Under the pieces are notes generated by a model. That model ran no database searches. It was not told the DNA's origin and saw nothing but the letters and a program-made list of their open reading frames with translations. Shown in pieces: positions 1 through 14,296 of a stretch of DNA of 64,000 nucleotides (position 1 is its first letter; each line of letters opens with the position of its first letter). Source of the stretch: Setoptus koraiensis (lineage: Eukaryota > Animalia > Arthropoda); the NCBI GenBank assembly GCA_048013815.1, contig CM106586.1, positions 1,550,001 through 1,614,000 on the forward strand. The letters are read 5' to 3'. Made by a program: the position numbers and the translations under genes.

Positions 1-2000
1 ATTTTGCAGGCACATAAAGAGGTGTTCCAGGTACAAGAACACCTTCCTCTACTATGACCCCAACAACGATTGGATCACGCTTATTGAAAATAAATTGAGG
101 TAATATCTTCAACTTACATGGAAAGACTGCAATGTTGCGATACTGTTCTCTCTGCTTTCGTTTGACTTCTTCTATATGAGCATTAAATCTGTCAAACAAA
201 TGATATATGATTTCAGCTTGAAATATTCTGATTCCTTGTTGGTCCGCTAATTCTTGGGCGTCACGCTCAACTTTGACATCAAACGCCAATATACATGCGA
301 AATTTGGGGCATGCTCCAGCATAGTTGATATCTTCATAACATCTCTCCTGACGACTGGGCCTATTCGAACATTACTGTATGGTATTTTACTTTGTTTCAA
401 GAACTCCAACAATGCTTCCAGTGAACCCAAAGTACTTGCTTGAACATATACACCTTTGTCGACGCATTTAATCTTTTTCATAGCGTTAGTGAATTCTGTC
501 ATACACATTTTTTGTAACCTCTCTAATTCAGCATCGGTTCTAGCAACGTGCATTTGAAGACCAGCTATGGCTTTATCCAAGTCGTGACCTGTCACCTTGA
601 CACCAATAGCGCCTTTAACTGTTTTCAATTCAGAATACTGAGCTTTGACTCTAAGTTCTCTAAGGGGATGAGGCACTAACAAGGCTCTTATGTTGGTGAC
701 GATTGGGCCATCATAACCTGCTAGTATTACACGATCGCCTTCACTGAGAGTTCCATTGATTAATATCACATCGATAGTTGTTCCCAAGCCAGGTAGTGCT
801 TTCACTTCGAAAACAGTCGCATCGAGGTCGTCAGGTCTGAATAATAGCTTCTTGGACAACTTTGTTTGGGAGTACCAGACAAGAAGATTTATAAGATTAC
901 CCATTCCATCACCGGTAACAGCTGATGTTGGAACTAAAGACACATATGCTTTATAATCTGGATTTTCATAGTATAAGGCAGCATTTAGCCCCTGCTGGTT
1001 GAGTTGTAGTATGACATCTTTAGAACGTTGAAGAAATTCCCCTTTTGTAACTGCGGGTTGACTTTTCAAAAGATCTTCAACATCGCGCCTGGGATTGCTC
1101 TTGAAATCATAGAGACGGTCAATCTTGTTTAAGGCAACTAAAAAAGGAGTTTTTCTATCTTTTAGCAAATTAATTGATTCAACAGTTTGTTGCTCTAAAC
1201 CATGCATTATATCTATTACTAGAATTGCAATATCACAAAGGCTACTACCGCGCGATCTTAAATTAGTGAAAGATTCATGACCTGGCGTGTCGATAATGAG
1301 AAGACCTGGTAACTGCAACTTGTGCTTATCCTTTACACTCTTGGTTTGGTCTAAAATAGCAGTTTTTGGCACAAACGTGGCCCCAATCTGTTGAGTTATA
1401 CCACCTGCCTCATTATCTTGAACATGTGTCCGTCTAATGAAATCAAGCAATTTCGTTTTGCCTGTGTCTACGTGACCTAACACACATACAACAGGAGATC
1501 TGAGTTGATCTTTAGATTCATCTTCTTCGGGAACATCCTCTTGTTTGATGGATTCGGAATCTTCGTCCGAGCCACTTGATTGGTCATCATCATCTACAGA
1601 TTTTTGTCGATCTTTAATGCCATCTAGATCTATTTTATTAGTTCCTTCAGCTAGATCAGCCAATTGTTTCTTGTAGATCTCAATACTTTCTAAAGCACGT
1701 TTCCTGTCGGCTTTTTGTTTACTACTGATCAACCGGCCCTCTTTTTTCATTCGATCTTTACGTTCCTTTTCCTTTAATTTCTTTTTTGCTTTCTTTTCGG
1801 CTGCCAACCGTTCGGCCTCCTCTTGTCTCAGTCTCTCCTCTTCCTCCAATCGAATCCTCTCCTCTTCTTCACGTTTCAAACGTTCCTCTTCTTCATTTAG
1901 TTTGGCTTGTTGCTGCTTGATGAGACTAAGCATAGCCTTACTCGGTCCTCCCTTTTTCGGCGCATCCTTCTTCTTTTTGGGCGGTTGTTTTCCAGACATG
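1..2000 (-). CDS. EIF5B: Eukaryotic translation initiation factor 5B, 3'-truncated by the window edge, no intron in the visible part
   Basis: Not in the ORF track because no stop lies in the window. Manual translation from ATG 2000 (in-frame TAG a few codons upstream) gives MSGKQPPKKKKDAPKKGGPSK, a K/E-rich region, then LRSPVVCVLGHVDTGKTKLLDFIRRTHVQDNEAGGITQQIGAT (G1). Domain IV text AVFPCKLKILPQFIFNKRDPIVVGVIVEEG appears near position 1. Confidence 0.95.
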
Positions 2001-5000
2001 ATGCTAACAGTTATGTTCTAGAGTTGATAATAGTGGTAATAATATAAATACGGGTAGACAGATTCTTCCGAAACATATCACGAAACGTCATGATTCACAT
2101 GAGAGAAAGGCAAAACGCAACAAAAAATCATCACATTTTCGTTTAATTTGATGCGCCAAATTTGAATTCACTTCTTTCCCGAAAAGAATCTCACGTGGGT
2201 CACTTGTTCAGTACCCGTTCTATATATATCAAAACTTCTGGTCTCAAAGTCTCGCTCATCCTCATTGGATATATTCTGGGAATATTCAAAACTTACACCA
2301 ATTCAACCCATCGACAACCATCTCGAAACGGAACAATCGTTAGATGTCACACGAGTCGTTAGATACAATCGTGATAGGAAAGCGCCGCCCTATCGGAATT
2401 TTTTCGCATACTCCTACACGTAGCTCTGCGGGCAGGGTTCGCCTCTGTCGTCGGTGTTCGAAGCCCCGATTCTATAGAGACGAGTCAACGCACTCGAACA
2501 GCTGACTCATATCACTCACTGTAATACGTTAGACCTGTCTTATGTGATCCAACAAGAAAAGAGTCTTTATTTAATGGCTTTTTGTCAATAAAACTGGCGC
2601 TCTCACAAACAAAGCCGATAAATATATCCTGTGTGTCTGCTCATTGTACACAAACTCAACTGAAGCTTTAGACAACGGACATAACCCTGAGAGACCCTGA
2701 CAATCCGAACTTAGATCGAGTCTCAGCCCTATAAAGTTCTAGTGGACACAAATCACCTGAAGTAAAGGAAATCTTGAGCGATTTTTTCTGTTGACCGAGT
2801 TCCTATCTGGCGATGATTGTAGCTTGACTATTGCAAGCTTTGATGACTTCAAACAAATCAGCTTATGATGACTCTGATAATTCAAGATTATCATAAGTTA
2901 GATAACAAACTGTTTTGCACAGATGATTTAGGAAAATCTATTTTTCTACCTGGCAGAATCTCATATTAGGACCTTAGTATAGACCTGTTTTAATTCAATA
3001 GTTTCTTTAATGATGCCACTTCCTTTAGAATCGTTCTACAGTTGTTTATCGTCATGCTAGAACGGTCCAAACTGTAGGGAGCTTTCTTTAGATCCAAACA
3101 AGACAAGTCCAATTCATTGGTTTAAGTTTAATCGTTTATTCCCAAAAATCAACGTGTGGGTTGTGCTCGACTTACCATGCGAATCCGGTTGGACGCCAGC
3201 TCAACTGTGTCGAACTGGCTAGCGAAGCTGAACGCTTTTTGCCAAACACTTTGACGAAAGATGTCTCGAGAATTTTTACATAAGCTACTTGTATTCGTGC
3301 TTTTGGGGAATTAGTCTGAGAGTTACACACTGAGTTCATTCAAGGAGGATAAGCTGAATGATTGTATGGATACGACTAGACACGGTTGCCTAAGATCAAA
3401 TCCGGTGCTAAGTGTGTTGAATTAACTTTGTTCATACTTCACTGGCCAAGTGAAGCTCGATCGAGCTACAAGGTCTGTTCGAGCCCACTAAGATTGCCAG
3501 CATGTGACGTCATTTTTGATGACTGAACAGTTTTCCTCTTTTCTTACAAAAAGTTTCTCAAGTTCTGAGCATCCAGGCAGCTCATGCATGGCTTAGTTAT
3601 AGTAGTTCGATAATGAACCTTCCGAGTACCCGAATGAATTGTTATTCAAACGTCCCGCTACATTATGTATTCATTGTTGATTTCTGTATTGATAGGATCT
3701 TATCAAGTCAGTGTTATCGTCATTATCAAGTCAAAGTTATATTCTAGACTCTCTCTCTCTCCCTCCGACGGAGGTATCACATTTACGCATTTGATTGTTG
3801 CGTCGCGTGCTCTAACAGACGAATAGTTTATAGACAAATCGTTGGTTTATTCTTATTTTTTTTCTCTCTCGAACTTGTTAATTCCTGTAAATGTCCAATA
3901 TACTAAACTTGTCGTAAAGTAACTATGGTGTAACAAAAACAACAGGGTATGGTGATATCAATAAAGAAAAAAAAACAAACAATAATAAAACAGGAACAAC
4001 CGCCCAAATTGGAGGAGTAATTCTCGACACTAGGTGCGCATTATATTGCTTTGCATAACAGCGCAGGTCAACCAGCGGCCCCTAACTGACCTATTGTACT
4101 CACAACAATAGGCGCCCCCAAGCGTCCAATTTTCAAGTTGATTTCCTTCCATTACATCACTAGTGTTATAAGGTATATTTTGTTTTGTTTGTTTGCATTG
4201 TCACCTTTGTCTTGTGCCATTGGTGCGATAGTAATTTTATTTTTATTTATATGTTTCATACATACACGTACTATCTAACTTGTTGTAATCGTCGACATTT
4301 CTATACTGTGAGATTAATAAATACAACAGTGTCAGATATGTTTTAAATTCCACCAAAAGCAACAGTAACTGCAACAGCAACAACGACAACAACAATATGA
4401 AAGGCAAAATGGCATCTATACAGCACAAACAAAGCATTGCATAATTCCCTAACCAATCAAGAATATCAACAACAACAACTTAGATCTCATCTTATTCAAC
4501 GATATATAGATATATATATATATTTTCATGTATATATATATATATTTATATATACTAACATAAAGGTAGGTTTGTGATGGAACTACTATAACAGGCTATA
4601 CAGAGAAAAAACAAGACAACTCAGTTTGGTGTATATCATACGACCTTTAGCCACTCTCCAGCTACGGCCACTCTTTCCAGCAAACCCTGACCTTTCCGTC
4701 CAGCTAGCTGAACAGATAATCATTATTACTATTATTATTAGTGTATGTAAGCAAAGTGAAAAAGTTGATTGTGAAGGTGCGTCTAATACTGCCTGTCTGG
4801 CTGCAACGTGAGCAGCTCAAATTTATACAATAGCCACTATTCTTCTTATTGTCCGTTTTTGTATTTTAATTTATGTTCAACCAAGACAGACTCTCTTTTG
4901 GCCGATTCATATCCTACCGTTTGTTTTTAAGTTTTAACTGACTTGCAGTTGTTAGAGCAACAGCAACAAGCGATCAGTTTGTTTTTGATCTATCAGACAA

Positions 5001-6586
5001 TATGTCAATAGTGATGCTAAGTCTGGGATTGTGATTTGTCGATCGGAATCTCGGAATTTCACTTGCCCACTCTATAGCAAATCATTATCTGTATTAATTC
5101 GTTTTTTGAGCAATGCCAAGAACGTAGTTTTAGTCGTGTCCAAGTTACAATGGTAACAGTACTGGCTAGATATTTAGTCTATTTTCCTTCTAGACCGACA
5201 GAAATTCCTGTTAAAAGGTGAATTTCTGTCAGCAATTTGATAAACAAGTGCAAATATATGTTTCATAATATATGACAGTAACAGTAACAACAACTGTAAA
5301 CAAACAAACAGTTACCAACAAGCTCATTACAGTGATCCTACTAATGAAAACTTCATTGGCTCTAGCACCGTTGCCAAGTACAATCTAATCTTGAATAAAC
5401 TGGTGTCTTTTTATATACAGATATATATACATATAATATATCTCACATGTATTTATATATTTAGACATATACATGTTATATAAATATACATAAATATAAG
5501 TGTGGATGTGTATTCATAGGCATTTTTATATGTTGTGTTTGTCAAACAAGAAATGGCGCTCTATTGATTTATATAGGCACCACTAGTTTGTTTGTTGGTT
5601 TATTTGATGACGATGATTGTTGTAATCGTGGTAGTGATTAGAAACATTAATGGCAGTTATCAGCTACCACTACTAGAGAGAAAGAAAGTTTATCAGTTCA
5701 GTAACATCTTCAGCTAAAGTGAGATGAATAGTGATAAAGATAGAAACCTCCAGCTCTGCAATGTTGCATCCGTTCACCACATAATTTTTCAACAATTAGC
5801 TTCTCCAAACTCGTTATCATCATTCCAAGCCAACGTGGTGCGATGCTGCTCAACCAATCCAATATTTAGTTAGAAGCGGCTGCTACAATTTGATTAGTTT
5901 GTGCTGAATATATTTATTTATCTACCTAATCTAGTTTATACATGAAAGTTTGATACCCCCTACTCGTGCCGTTGGCAAAATCATACTTAAAAGAATTCAC
6001 TATTGCAATATGATCGTGAATACACAAGAGAGACAGACAGAGAATAACCTAGATCGACATTAGTTTCGAGCTTGATGCCGCTCAACTGCTTGCAATAATC
6101 ATAACTTCATGCAATAATAACTTCATCGGATAATCATTCATCGTCACACTAAAAGTTAGAGTCTATAGGGCAAAATTTGAGAAGCACCTACTTCATTCAT
6201 AACAACGAGAATCTTAACTCTTGATCACACAACAATGCCAATCTCATCATGTTATCAGTATTTATTTATATTGTATAATCTTATCAATTTCAAGATTCGT
6301 TGAGCTTATGTGATATATTTGCATTGAGGTTTTGCGCCGTCAAAACGAGTTCGCACAAATGGCCTCAATCTAATCATGTCGTCAGCTTATCGATGAGATA
6401 TCCTGAAGATATAATTTTGATGGTTTAGCTTTATTTTCATCACGCTAGACTTTGTTGATTGCAGCAGAATACGAACCCTCTTGAGTCAACATTATTAGCT
6501 AATTAAATATTCTCATATTATTATATATTGTCCCGTTAAAACCAACACTATCCTTCCTCAAAACGATTAATTACAAAATTGCTGAA

Positions 6587-9107
6587 ATGGCTACTCATAA
6601 CCACCAAAATGATTCCACTATCGCCAATGATTGTTCCTATAACGATAACAACAACAACGTTGATAATAATGAACAATATAAACCTCAACATAAAACACAA
6701 CCAACGCCATTGCCCGATACTAATCGTCACCCTAATGCCGACATATTCAGAGATACAATGCGAACTAATAAACTTAACAAAAAATGGAACCGAAGATTAA
6801 AATTCTTCTTTTGTTGTCTTGGTTACAAAAAGAATAAGGTGCGTAGATCAAACTAGGCTTGAACCTATTCATAGATATTGCGCACAACATCACTTTGTTA
6901 TAATTTAACTCGATTTTGTCTAAATCCTTGTCATCCATTTAGGATTCATTCGCCGATGTTGCGAGTATATTCGCCGACTTCTTCCATGATCTCGAATCAA
7001 CATCATCATCAGAAGTTGTGGCCGGCTTTGTGACTTTGGCTAATTATCAAAAGGCCCAAAGAGAATGGAAGGTCAACGACCCAAACGACGAAACATGCCA
7101 ATATCTATCTTGCCTGCCTATATCGCCCAAGACGAAATACTTGGATGTGTCCGAGGCGGATGATTCGCATCTCCTGAATGAACTTATTTATTATATGAAC
7201 TATAGTCTGGCCATCTTTGGTTGGCCAATGCAAATGCTGGACGATCCCTGCATGCTTTGTTGCATCTATCCCTATTTGAGAATATCACCGTGTTGTGGTA
7301 AGAGTAAAAAGAAAAACAACAAAAATAAGGGCAAAGTCAAGACAGATACGAAGAATAATGATAATGAAAAGGGGACCTCACAAGCGACAGAGAAAGATCA
7401 GGAGCAACAAGCTTCATCGACTGCCAGTGACAGCGCTAATGGTGCCCTAAAACAAGATACAACAGATATTCGTCCCAAAAATCAACAATCAAATGAAGCT
7501 GACTCTAAAAAGATGAAAGCCACAACGGTGGAGGAATATGATGACACTCCCATCATAATAGACGACAATTGTTGTAGCTGTAATGCTGCTTCGGTGGAAC
7601 GACGTCTAGCTGTACATAACTATGAGATAATTTATGTCACCTATCATGTTGACGTTAGTCGTATACCGTTTCTGGTCGCGGCAGATCACTCTAAACAGAC
7701 TATTGTGGTGGCCATGAGAGGATCAATGAGTCTAGAGGACGTCGTCACAGATATGAATGGTCAAATAGACAAATTACCAATGAAAAACTGTCCGGATAAT
7801 TGGTTGTGTCATAGGGGCATATCGAGAGCTAGCAATTATGTTAAAACCAAACTTATAGAAGAGGGCATATTGCAGCGTGCCTTCAATTGTCGACCTGATC
7901 TCGGTAGCCAAGACTATAACCTGGTATTGTGTGGTCATTCGTTGGGCGCCGGGGCTGCAGCGATTTTGGGCATTTTATTGCGTGATCAGTATCCTAGTTT
8001 AAAGGCCTATTTATATTCGCCACCGGGAGGTATTTTAAGTTTACCTGTTGTCGAATATACAAAACAATTTGCCACCAGTATTATATTAGGCAACGATTGT
8101 GTGCCTAGATTGGGCGTTGCACAAGTTGAACGTCTTCGTTATTATGTTTATCTTAGTCTTAAAACAACCCAACAATCTCCAAGGAAAATAATCAGCAAGA
8201 CGTTTTGTCCTAGTTGTTGTTGTTCTAAGAAGACAAAAATTGAATATGACCCGCAAGCAAGTGTGGATTTGTTGCACGGATCTCATGGGTCAACATTCGA
8301 GTTCAAGGGCGTCAAGATACCGTTCCAAGTTCAGTCACAGTTACTTTATGTGCCTGGTCGAATTCTTCACATAGTGAAAAATTATTCACTACAAAGCAGG
8401 TAAGTTGATCGAGTTCATTTTATAGCTTTGCAAGTGCATTTTATAGTTTATATCGCATTCACTTACAATAACTAATGACCATTCTGACATGTTTTCATTA
8501 CAAAATAACGAAATCAACATGCATACATAAACACAGGGCAACGAGATTATTTAAAGGGCCCGTTTATCAGGCTGTCTGGGTAGAGAATACAAGCTATGAT
8601 CGTATTATGATTGCCAATGGAATGTTTTGCGATCATCTACCAAACAATTTGATGCACGCAATGAAAATGTTATTTGTCAACACTTTACCTGTGCGAAAAA
8701 ATTCCAAGACCTCAGATAAATGCTCTAATTTGGTTGTATCGAACAGTACAAACGATGCTAGAGTTGAGCGCATAGTTACTAGTTCGTCTCCACTTACACA
8801 ACAGAAGCCGTCAATTTATAACAGTATCAATACAATCAATCAAACTAATCAAACCGTTCATGACATGAAACAGAATGTGATCAAAAGTATGCAACATATA
8901 GCGGATACGGATAATAACAACAATGAAAATGCAACTTATACTAAAGTAGACAATTACAACAATAACAAAACTGATATTTGTAAAGATAAGAATAGCAAAA
9001 ATTCACAACAAAAGGAGCAGACCATAGTGCCTGATCAAATAGATAATAACGGAAACGATTACAATACCTTCGATAGAAATCACGTCCATTACGGTAATCA
9101 GACTTAA
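6587..9107 (+). CDS. DAGL: Diacylglycerol lipase (class 3 lipase), join(6587..6838,6943..8399,8537..9107)
   Basis: GT-AG introns 6839-6942 and 8400-8536 join three ORFs in frame. The join reads WNRRLKFFFCC/DSFADVASIFADFF, with GHSLG nucleophile, GNDCVPRL Asp and MFCDHLP His. The 5' end is uncertain. Confidence 0.85.
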
Positions 9108-9865
9108 ACTAGGGCAGTAATTTTTTCGAAGCGTCAGGAATAGCAGCAAGAACCGCTGCTCAACTTGTCATAGCCGAGCTCATTTGGAGGACCTTGGAAA
9201 ACTGTAAATTGTGTCGACACACATAAGTGGCAGGTTTCGTCGACAAGGCTTTTGTTTAGGAAGCTCGCTGATTGTAGTCAATTTATTACAGCGATATCTT
9301 ACCTACACCCCACTTATTGGCCCCGCTAAGACTTGTCTGAGTCAAAATGAAAAATTACCATCATCATCAACATCGTTATACAACAACTGTAACAACTCAT
9401 AACAACACATCAGTAGGAATTGAATAGAAGATTTTGGCATAGTTCATTGTGCTTACATTTAATGTTAATTGATTATCATAATTCTGTCAATGGATTATCG
9501 GATGTTTAATTGTTTGAACTGCCATGTCATTGGCTGAAGCTCATGACATTGATTTTCGTCCAACTAAACAAAAAGAAACAAGCCAATCTGAAATTGAAAT
9601 AGATACTGGTCCTAAAAACACCGGTGGTTAGTGAGATGTAAATATACTGTTGTTATACAAGTTGAAAACGATAAACTAAACCATTCGTTGCAATTATTTT
9701 TCGTTTTTCGCAAGAAACTAGCATTTAATCTGTCGGATATTCACAAGTGTCTCTAATGGTAAATAGTTCTAGTAAACATATCATCTTGCTTGATTGATGA
9801 CATTAATGAGATTCCTTGTTATTTTTCTTCTTTTTTGGGGGACAATAGAATCTGAATTAGTTTGT

Positions 9866-10832
<967 letters not shown>

Positions 10833-11194
10833 GTAGCATGTGCAGTGCAAGTCAGAAAGAACGTAGAAAGCATATTCTGTTTGGTGAGAAAAAACATGCA
10901 TGAACGGCTTCGCCCATTCAGATATAAAATGTTAACTGGAAAGCGAGAAAATGCACAAATATGAAGAATTCGAAGCGACGTTTCTAGAGGTTTTGAGAAG
11001 AAAAATGCCATTGAATAGCCACATGTACTGTAGTAATATATGGCGAGGGTATATTTTCGATTATTTTTGCTAGAGAATAATCATTTTCAAAGAATAATGA
11101 TGCAAGAGAATCTTTAAAATGGATGCAATTTCGATGTTGTGCGTTGACACGGGTGAGCTTGGTGAAGAATTGGAAAATTTGATGCGATGTTTCC

Positions 11195-12082
11195 ATGGCA
11201 ACCACCGCAGTCACATCTAAAAATTCAAACATTCATTGCAACAGAAACCCCTGTTGGGGATGCAATTACTTATTTACAATGTCACTAACTAAAATGTATA
11301 GTTATAATATTATATTTATTTATGTCCTTATGCTGATAGACTTATTAGTAAACATATTCGATCACCTATTATTGAAATACGAGCGATGTCTCACTGGCGC
11401 ATTTCTCATTCAAGATCTGGCAATTGCTTGTGCTCTGATAAGCCTTATGGTGCACTTCCTGAACATATCAGACCAAGTGAGGATCTCGTCTAGGGCCCAT
11501 TTCTTGGATATTTATCTCAATAGTAAAGAGAACAACGCAAAATTGTTAGATCCAAGCAAACTTAATCAGCATTTAGTACTTATTCCTCAGCGAGTTGCCC
11601 TGAAACTTGTTCTAGACAAATATTGGTGGTCTATGTTTGTAGGTTTTCTCTATTCAGTGCTGACATTGATATCACAAATATCCAAATTGAACTCACTAGA
11701 GTACGCACAAGGATACCAGTATCGACATGAGCCCACCAGTGAGCCTACCGATGGTATGTTAATGGGCAACTCAACAACTAATGGCAATACTTCTCGACTA
11801 CTAACACTGGCTGGGAGCTACAAATTATCTCCAAATATTTTATCATTGGAGAACAAAGGATTTAAAGAGTTGACTACAGGATCTCAATTGGATAACAACA
11901 AAGATTCTGGCGATCGAGTCATAGCAGCATCGTCTTCGACCTATTCTATCTTGCTACTGCTGCTACATCGTATTATATCCACCTTCTATTATGTCAGCTT
12001 TCTGGTTATGTATCGCATAAGTCCAAGTCATATAGTCAACAGACTCTTCAAAAATACAAATAAAACCTCGGTGAAGACTTGA
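11195..12082 (+). CDS. TMEM138: TMEM138-like multi-pass membrane protein with expanded loops (start may be ATG 11279)
   Basis: YNIIFIYVLMLIDLLVNIFDHLL..FLIQDLAIACALI resembles the TMEM138 N-terminus as I recall it (DLFVNSF, FIIQDIA). Four hydrophobic segments; C-terminal HRIISTFYYVSF. Confidence 0.6.
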   Translation: MATTAVTSKNSNIHCNRNPCWGCNYLFTMSLTKMYSYNIIFIYVLMLIDLLVNIFDHLLLKYERCLTGAFLIQDLAIACALISLMVHFLNISDQVRISSRAHFLDIYLNSKENNAKLLDPSKLNQHLVLIPQRVALKLVLDKYWWSMFVGFLYSVLTLISQISKLNSLEYAQGYQYRHEPTSEPTDGMLMGNSTTNGNTSRLLTLAGSYKLSPNILSLENKGFKELTTGSQLDNNKDSGDRVIAASSSTYSILLLLLHRIISTFYYVSFLVMYRISPSHIVNRLFKNTNKTSVKT

Positions 12083-12265
12083 AATTTATTTCAATTTATA
12101 TCTAACGCTTACAGCGCTGAGCACCATGTGTGTATATGGTAAGCAATAACTTATTACTAATAAGTAACGATGACGCCTAGTTCACTTGATTAGCTACTTG
12201 GTGTTAGTAATATTGTATCGAAACAATAGTATAGTGTTGATTCATTAGTTTCCGTTGAATTAACG

Positions 12266-14296
12266 TCAATTTGTTTCTTCATCTAGAGTTGCTATTAGGT
12301 GCTTGAATTCGTAGTCTCCATTACCGTCGAATTTCAGCACAAAATGATGAAATTTGGCCAATTGTTTGACTCGATGTGTCACCGACAAAAGTGTACATTG
12401 AAGTTGTTCACTAAGATAGGCATAAATATTTTGCTCTACATCTATGGCAACCGCCGATGTGCATTCGTCTAGTATGGCAAATTGAGGTCTATGATATATC
12501 AACCTAGCTAGAGCCATACGTTGTTTTTCGCCTCCACTTAGCACCTCTTGCCAATCACTAATGGAATCCATACGATGCTCGCCACGTTCCAATAAATATT
12601 GCAATTCGACTATTTTCAATATTTCCACCAGGTCAGAATCCTTGCGCAATTTCTTAATCATATCATCCTGTCTATCTGGGTAGATAATCTGATCTCTGAA
12701 TGTTCCCAATGTCATGTATGGTTTTTGACAAATGTAAAACAGCTCCTTTGTTATTGGTCGAATCAATTTACCCGATTGTATACGCCACAGATTGCCCAAC
12801 ACCCTGAACAGACTTGATTTTCCGCTACCATTTGGACCGGATATGATAACGTTTTGGCCGCGTCTAATAGTGAATGTTAGATCCCTTAATAGTATGTCGC
12901 CATTAGGTGTGGACAAGGTGACATTCTTGAATTCAATCATTGGTTCATCCGGATCGCATAACTCAACAATTCCGCCCTGCACGCCATTATTAGTCAAACT
13001 GTTGAGACCTTTCGGTGGGTCAATATTGTTGTCATTATTACCTGTATTGGTGATGGTGGCCGGTTCATTAAAACTGTCCACAGTGATCATGAGTGAGCGA
13101 ACTCGTTCAGTATAGGCGGCCATTTTGGATAATCCTTGTCCGGCCAATATGATCCTATGTATAGATTCGGCCAATTTCATCATCATACGTCCAGATTTGT
13201 AATAATATTCCAGCCTGTCCTCGTTGGTGTGCATCATATAACGATTAGAGAAGAATGGCAACGCAAGAGACAGGTAGCCCACCAATGTGGAAGTGTATCT
13301 GCCCACGACATTGTCCAAAAAGTTCATCTTGAATTTGAATAGTGTATGCGCCTCTAGAGCGTCATTGAGGTTCTCGAGGGCATGCATTAGAGTGTCCTTT
13401 TCTTTGATATTTCCCCTGAAGAAGGCCACCTCTTCACTGTTTTGGATAAGTCTCGAGTGGACAAATCTCAGCTGACCCTCACATTGAGTTTCATCGATTA
13501 TGTGGCCCGCTTGTGATCTTCGTGCAGCGGTGAGAATGCCCCCGGCGCAAGCCAACCATGCAATCATGATGGACGGAGTGGCACCTCCTGTATAGGAGGT
13601 GGTCATTTTGTGAACCAATATTGTTATGTCCAACAATGGCTTAGACATATTGTTGTATAGCTCCACTACTGAGCCACAAAATTTATCAATGTCACTGGTG
13701 AGCAATTGGTCGACGTTTCGGAACTTTTCCCTCTGATCACCTGTTGCCGATGACAACTGATAGAAAGTCAATTCCGTCATATATTTATCGTAGAGTATTT
13801 TGGATAGATTGTAGCGCAAGTTGAGACGCAACTTGTCTGCGAAATATCTGATTATGTTGTTGACAAATGCCAATGTGGGCATACTAATGAAGAATGACAT
13901 TATTGAATATTTGAGCTTCTCGACATTGGCAGTAATAATGGCACTCTCTGTTTCGGTTCCATTGTTTATTTGCCACATATCACATATGGTTCGTAGTATC
14001 AGGCCCAGGGTCATGCCCAGAGCTAGCATGACCTCCTTGAAGCCCATTATAGTGCCCATGATGATCCGTAATTGTTTCAGTGTTTTACCGAGGTCAGCCT
14101 TCCTTCTGCCTTTGTTTGAATGTTTGCTTCGCTCATCCATAAATATGACACTTGGCCTCTTTTTTTGGCGACGTTTCATTGATATGTGGGCCCAATAGAG
14201 CAGGGCCGCGGTGGAGCTGGCCATAATGAGACGATTCAGTTTGATGCCACCGCCAATGGCGGCGCCTCCACTGAGGGTGGACAAAACTTGGCTCAT
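12266..14296 (-). CDS. ABCD3: Peroxisomal ABC half-transporter ABCD3/PMP70, intronless
   Basis: EAA-like motif RFVHSRLIQNSEEVAFFRG, Walker A GPNGSGKSS, signature LSGGEKQR, Walker B ILDECTSAV, and the ABCD-typical QKPYMTLGTFRDQIIYP. Confidence 0.93.
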   Translation of the reverse strand: MSQVLSTLSGGAAIGGGIKLNRLIMASSTAALLYWAHISMKRRQKKRPSVIFMDERSKHSNKGRRKADLGKTLKQLRIIMGTIMGFKEVMLALGMTLGLILRTICDMWQINNGTETESAIITANVEKLKYSIMSFFISMPTLAFVNNIIRYFADKLRLNLRYNLSKILYDKYMTELTFYQLSSATGDQREKFRNVDQLLTSDIDKFCGSVVELYNNMSKPLLDITILVHKMTTSYTGGATPSIMIAWLACAGGILTAARRSQAGHIIDETQCEGQLRFVHSRLIQNSEEVAFFRGNIKEKDTLMHALENLNDALEAHTLFKFKMNFLDNVVGRYTSTLVGYLSLALPFFSNRYMMHTNEDRLEYYYKSGRMMMKLAESIHRIILAGQGLSKMAAYTERVRSLMITVDSFNEPATITNTGNNDNNIDPPKGLNSLTNNGVQGGIVELCDPDEPMIEFKNVTLSTPNGDILLRDLTFTIRRGQNVIISGPNGSGKSSLFRVLGNLWRIQSGKLIRPITKELFYICQKPYMTLGTFRDQIIYPDRQDDMIKKLRKDSDLVEILKIVELQYLLERGEHRMDSISDWQEVLSGGEKQRMALARLIYHRPQFAILDECTSAVAIDVEQNIYAYLSEQLQCTLLSVTHRVKQLAKFHHFVLKFDGNGDYEFKHLIATLDEETN

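Noticed and set aside
2440-2475. GTTCGAAGCCCC resembling a tRNA T-loop
   Set aside because: No cloverleaf, D-arm or acceptor stem can be built around it.
2160-3700. Coding-looking sequence upstream of eIF5B
   Set aside because: The frames I translated are broken by frequent stops and show no recognisable motif. It could be a very old relic but cannot be supported without a search.
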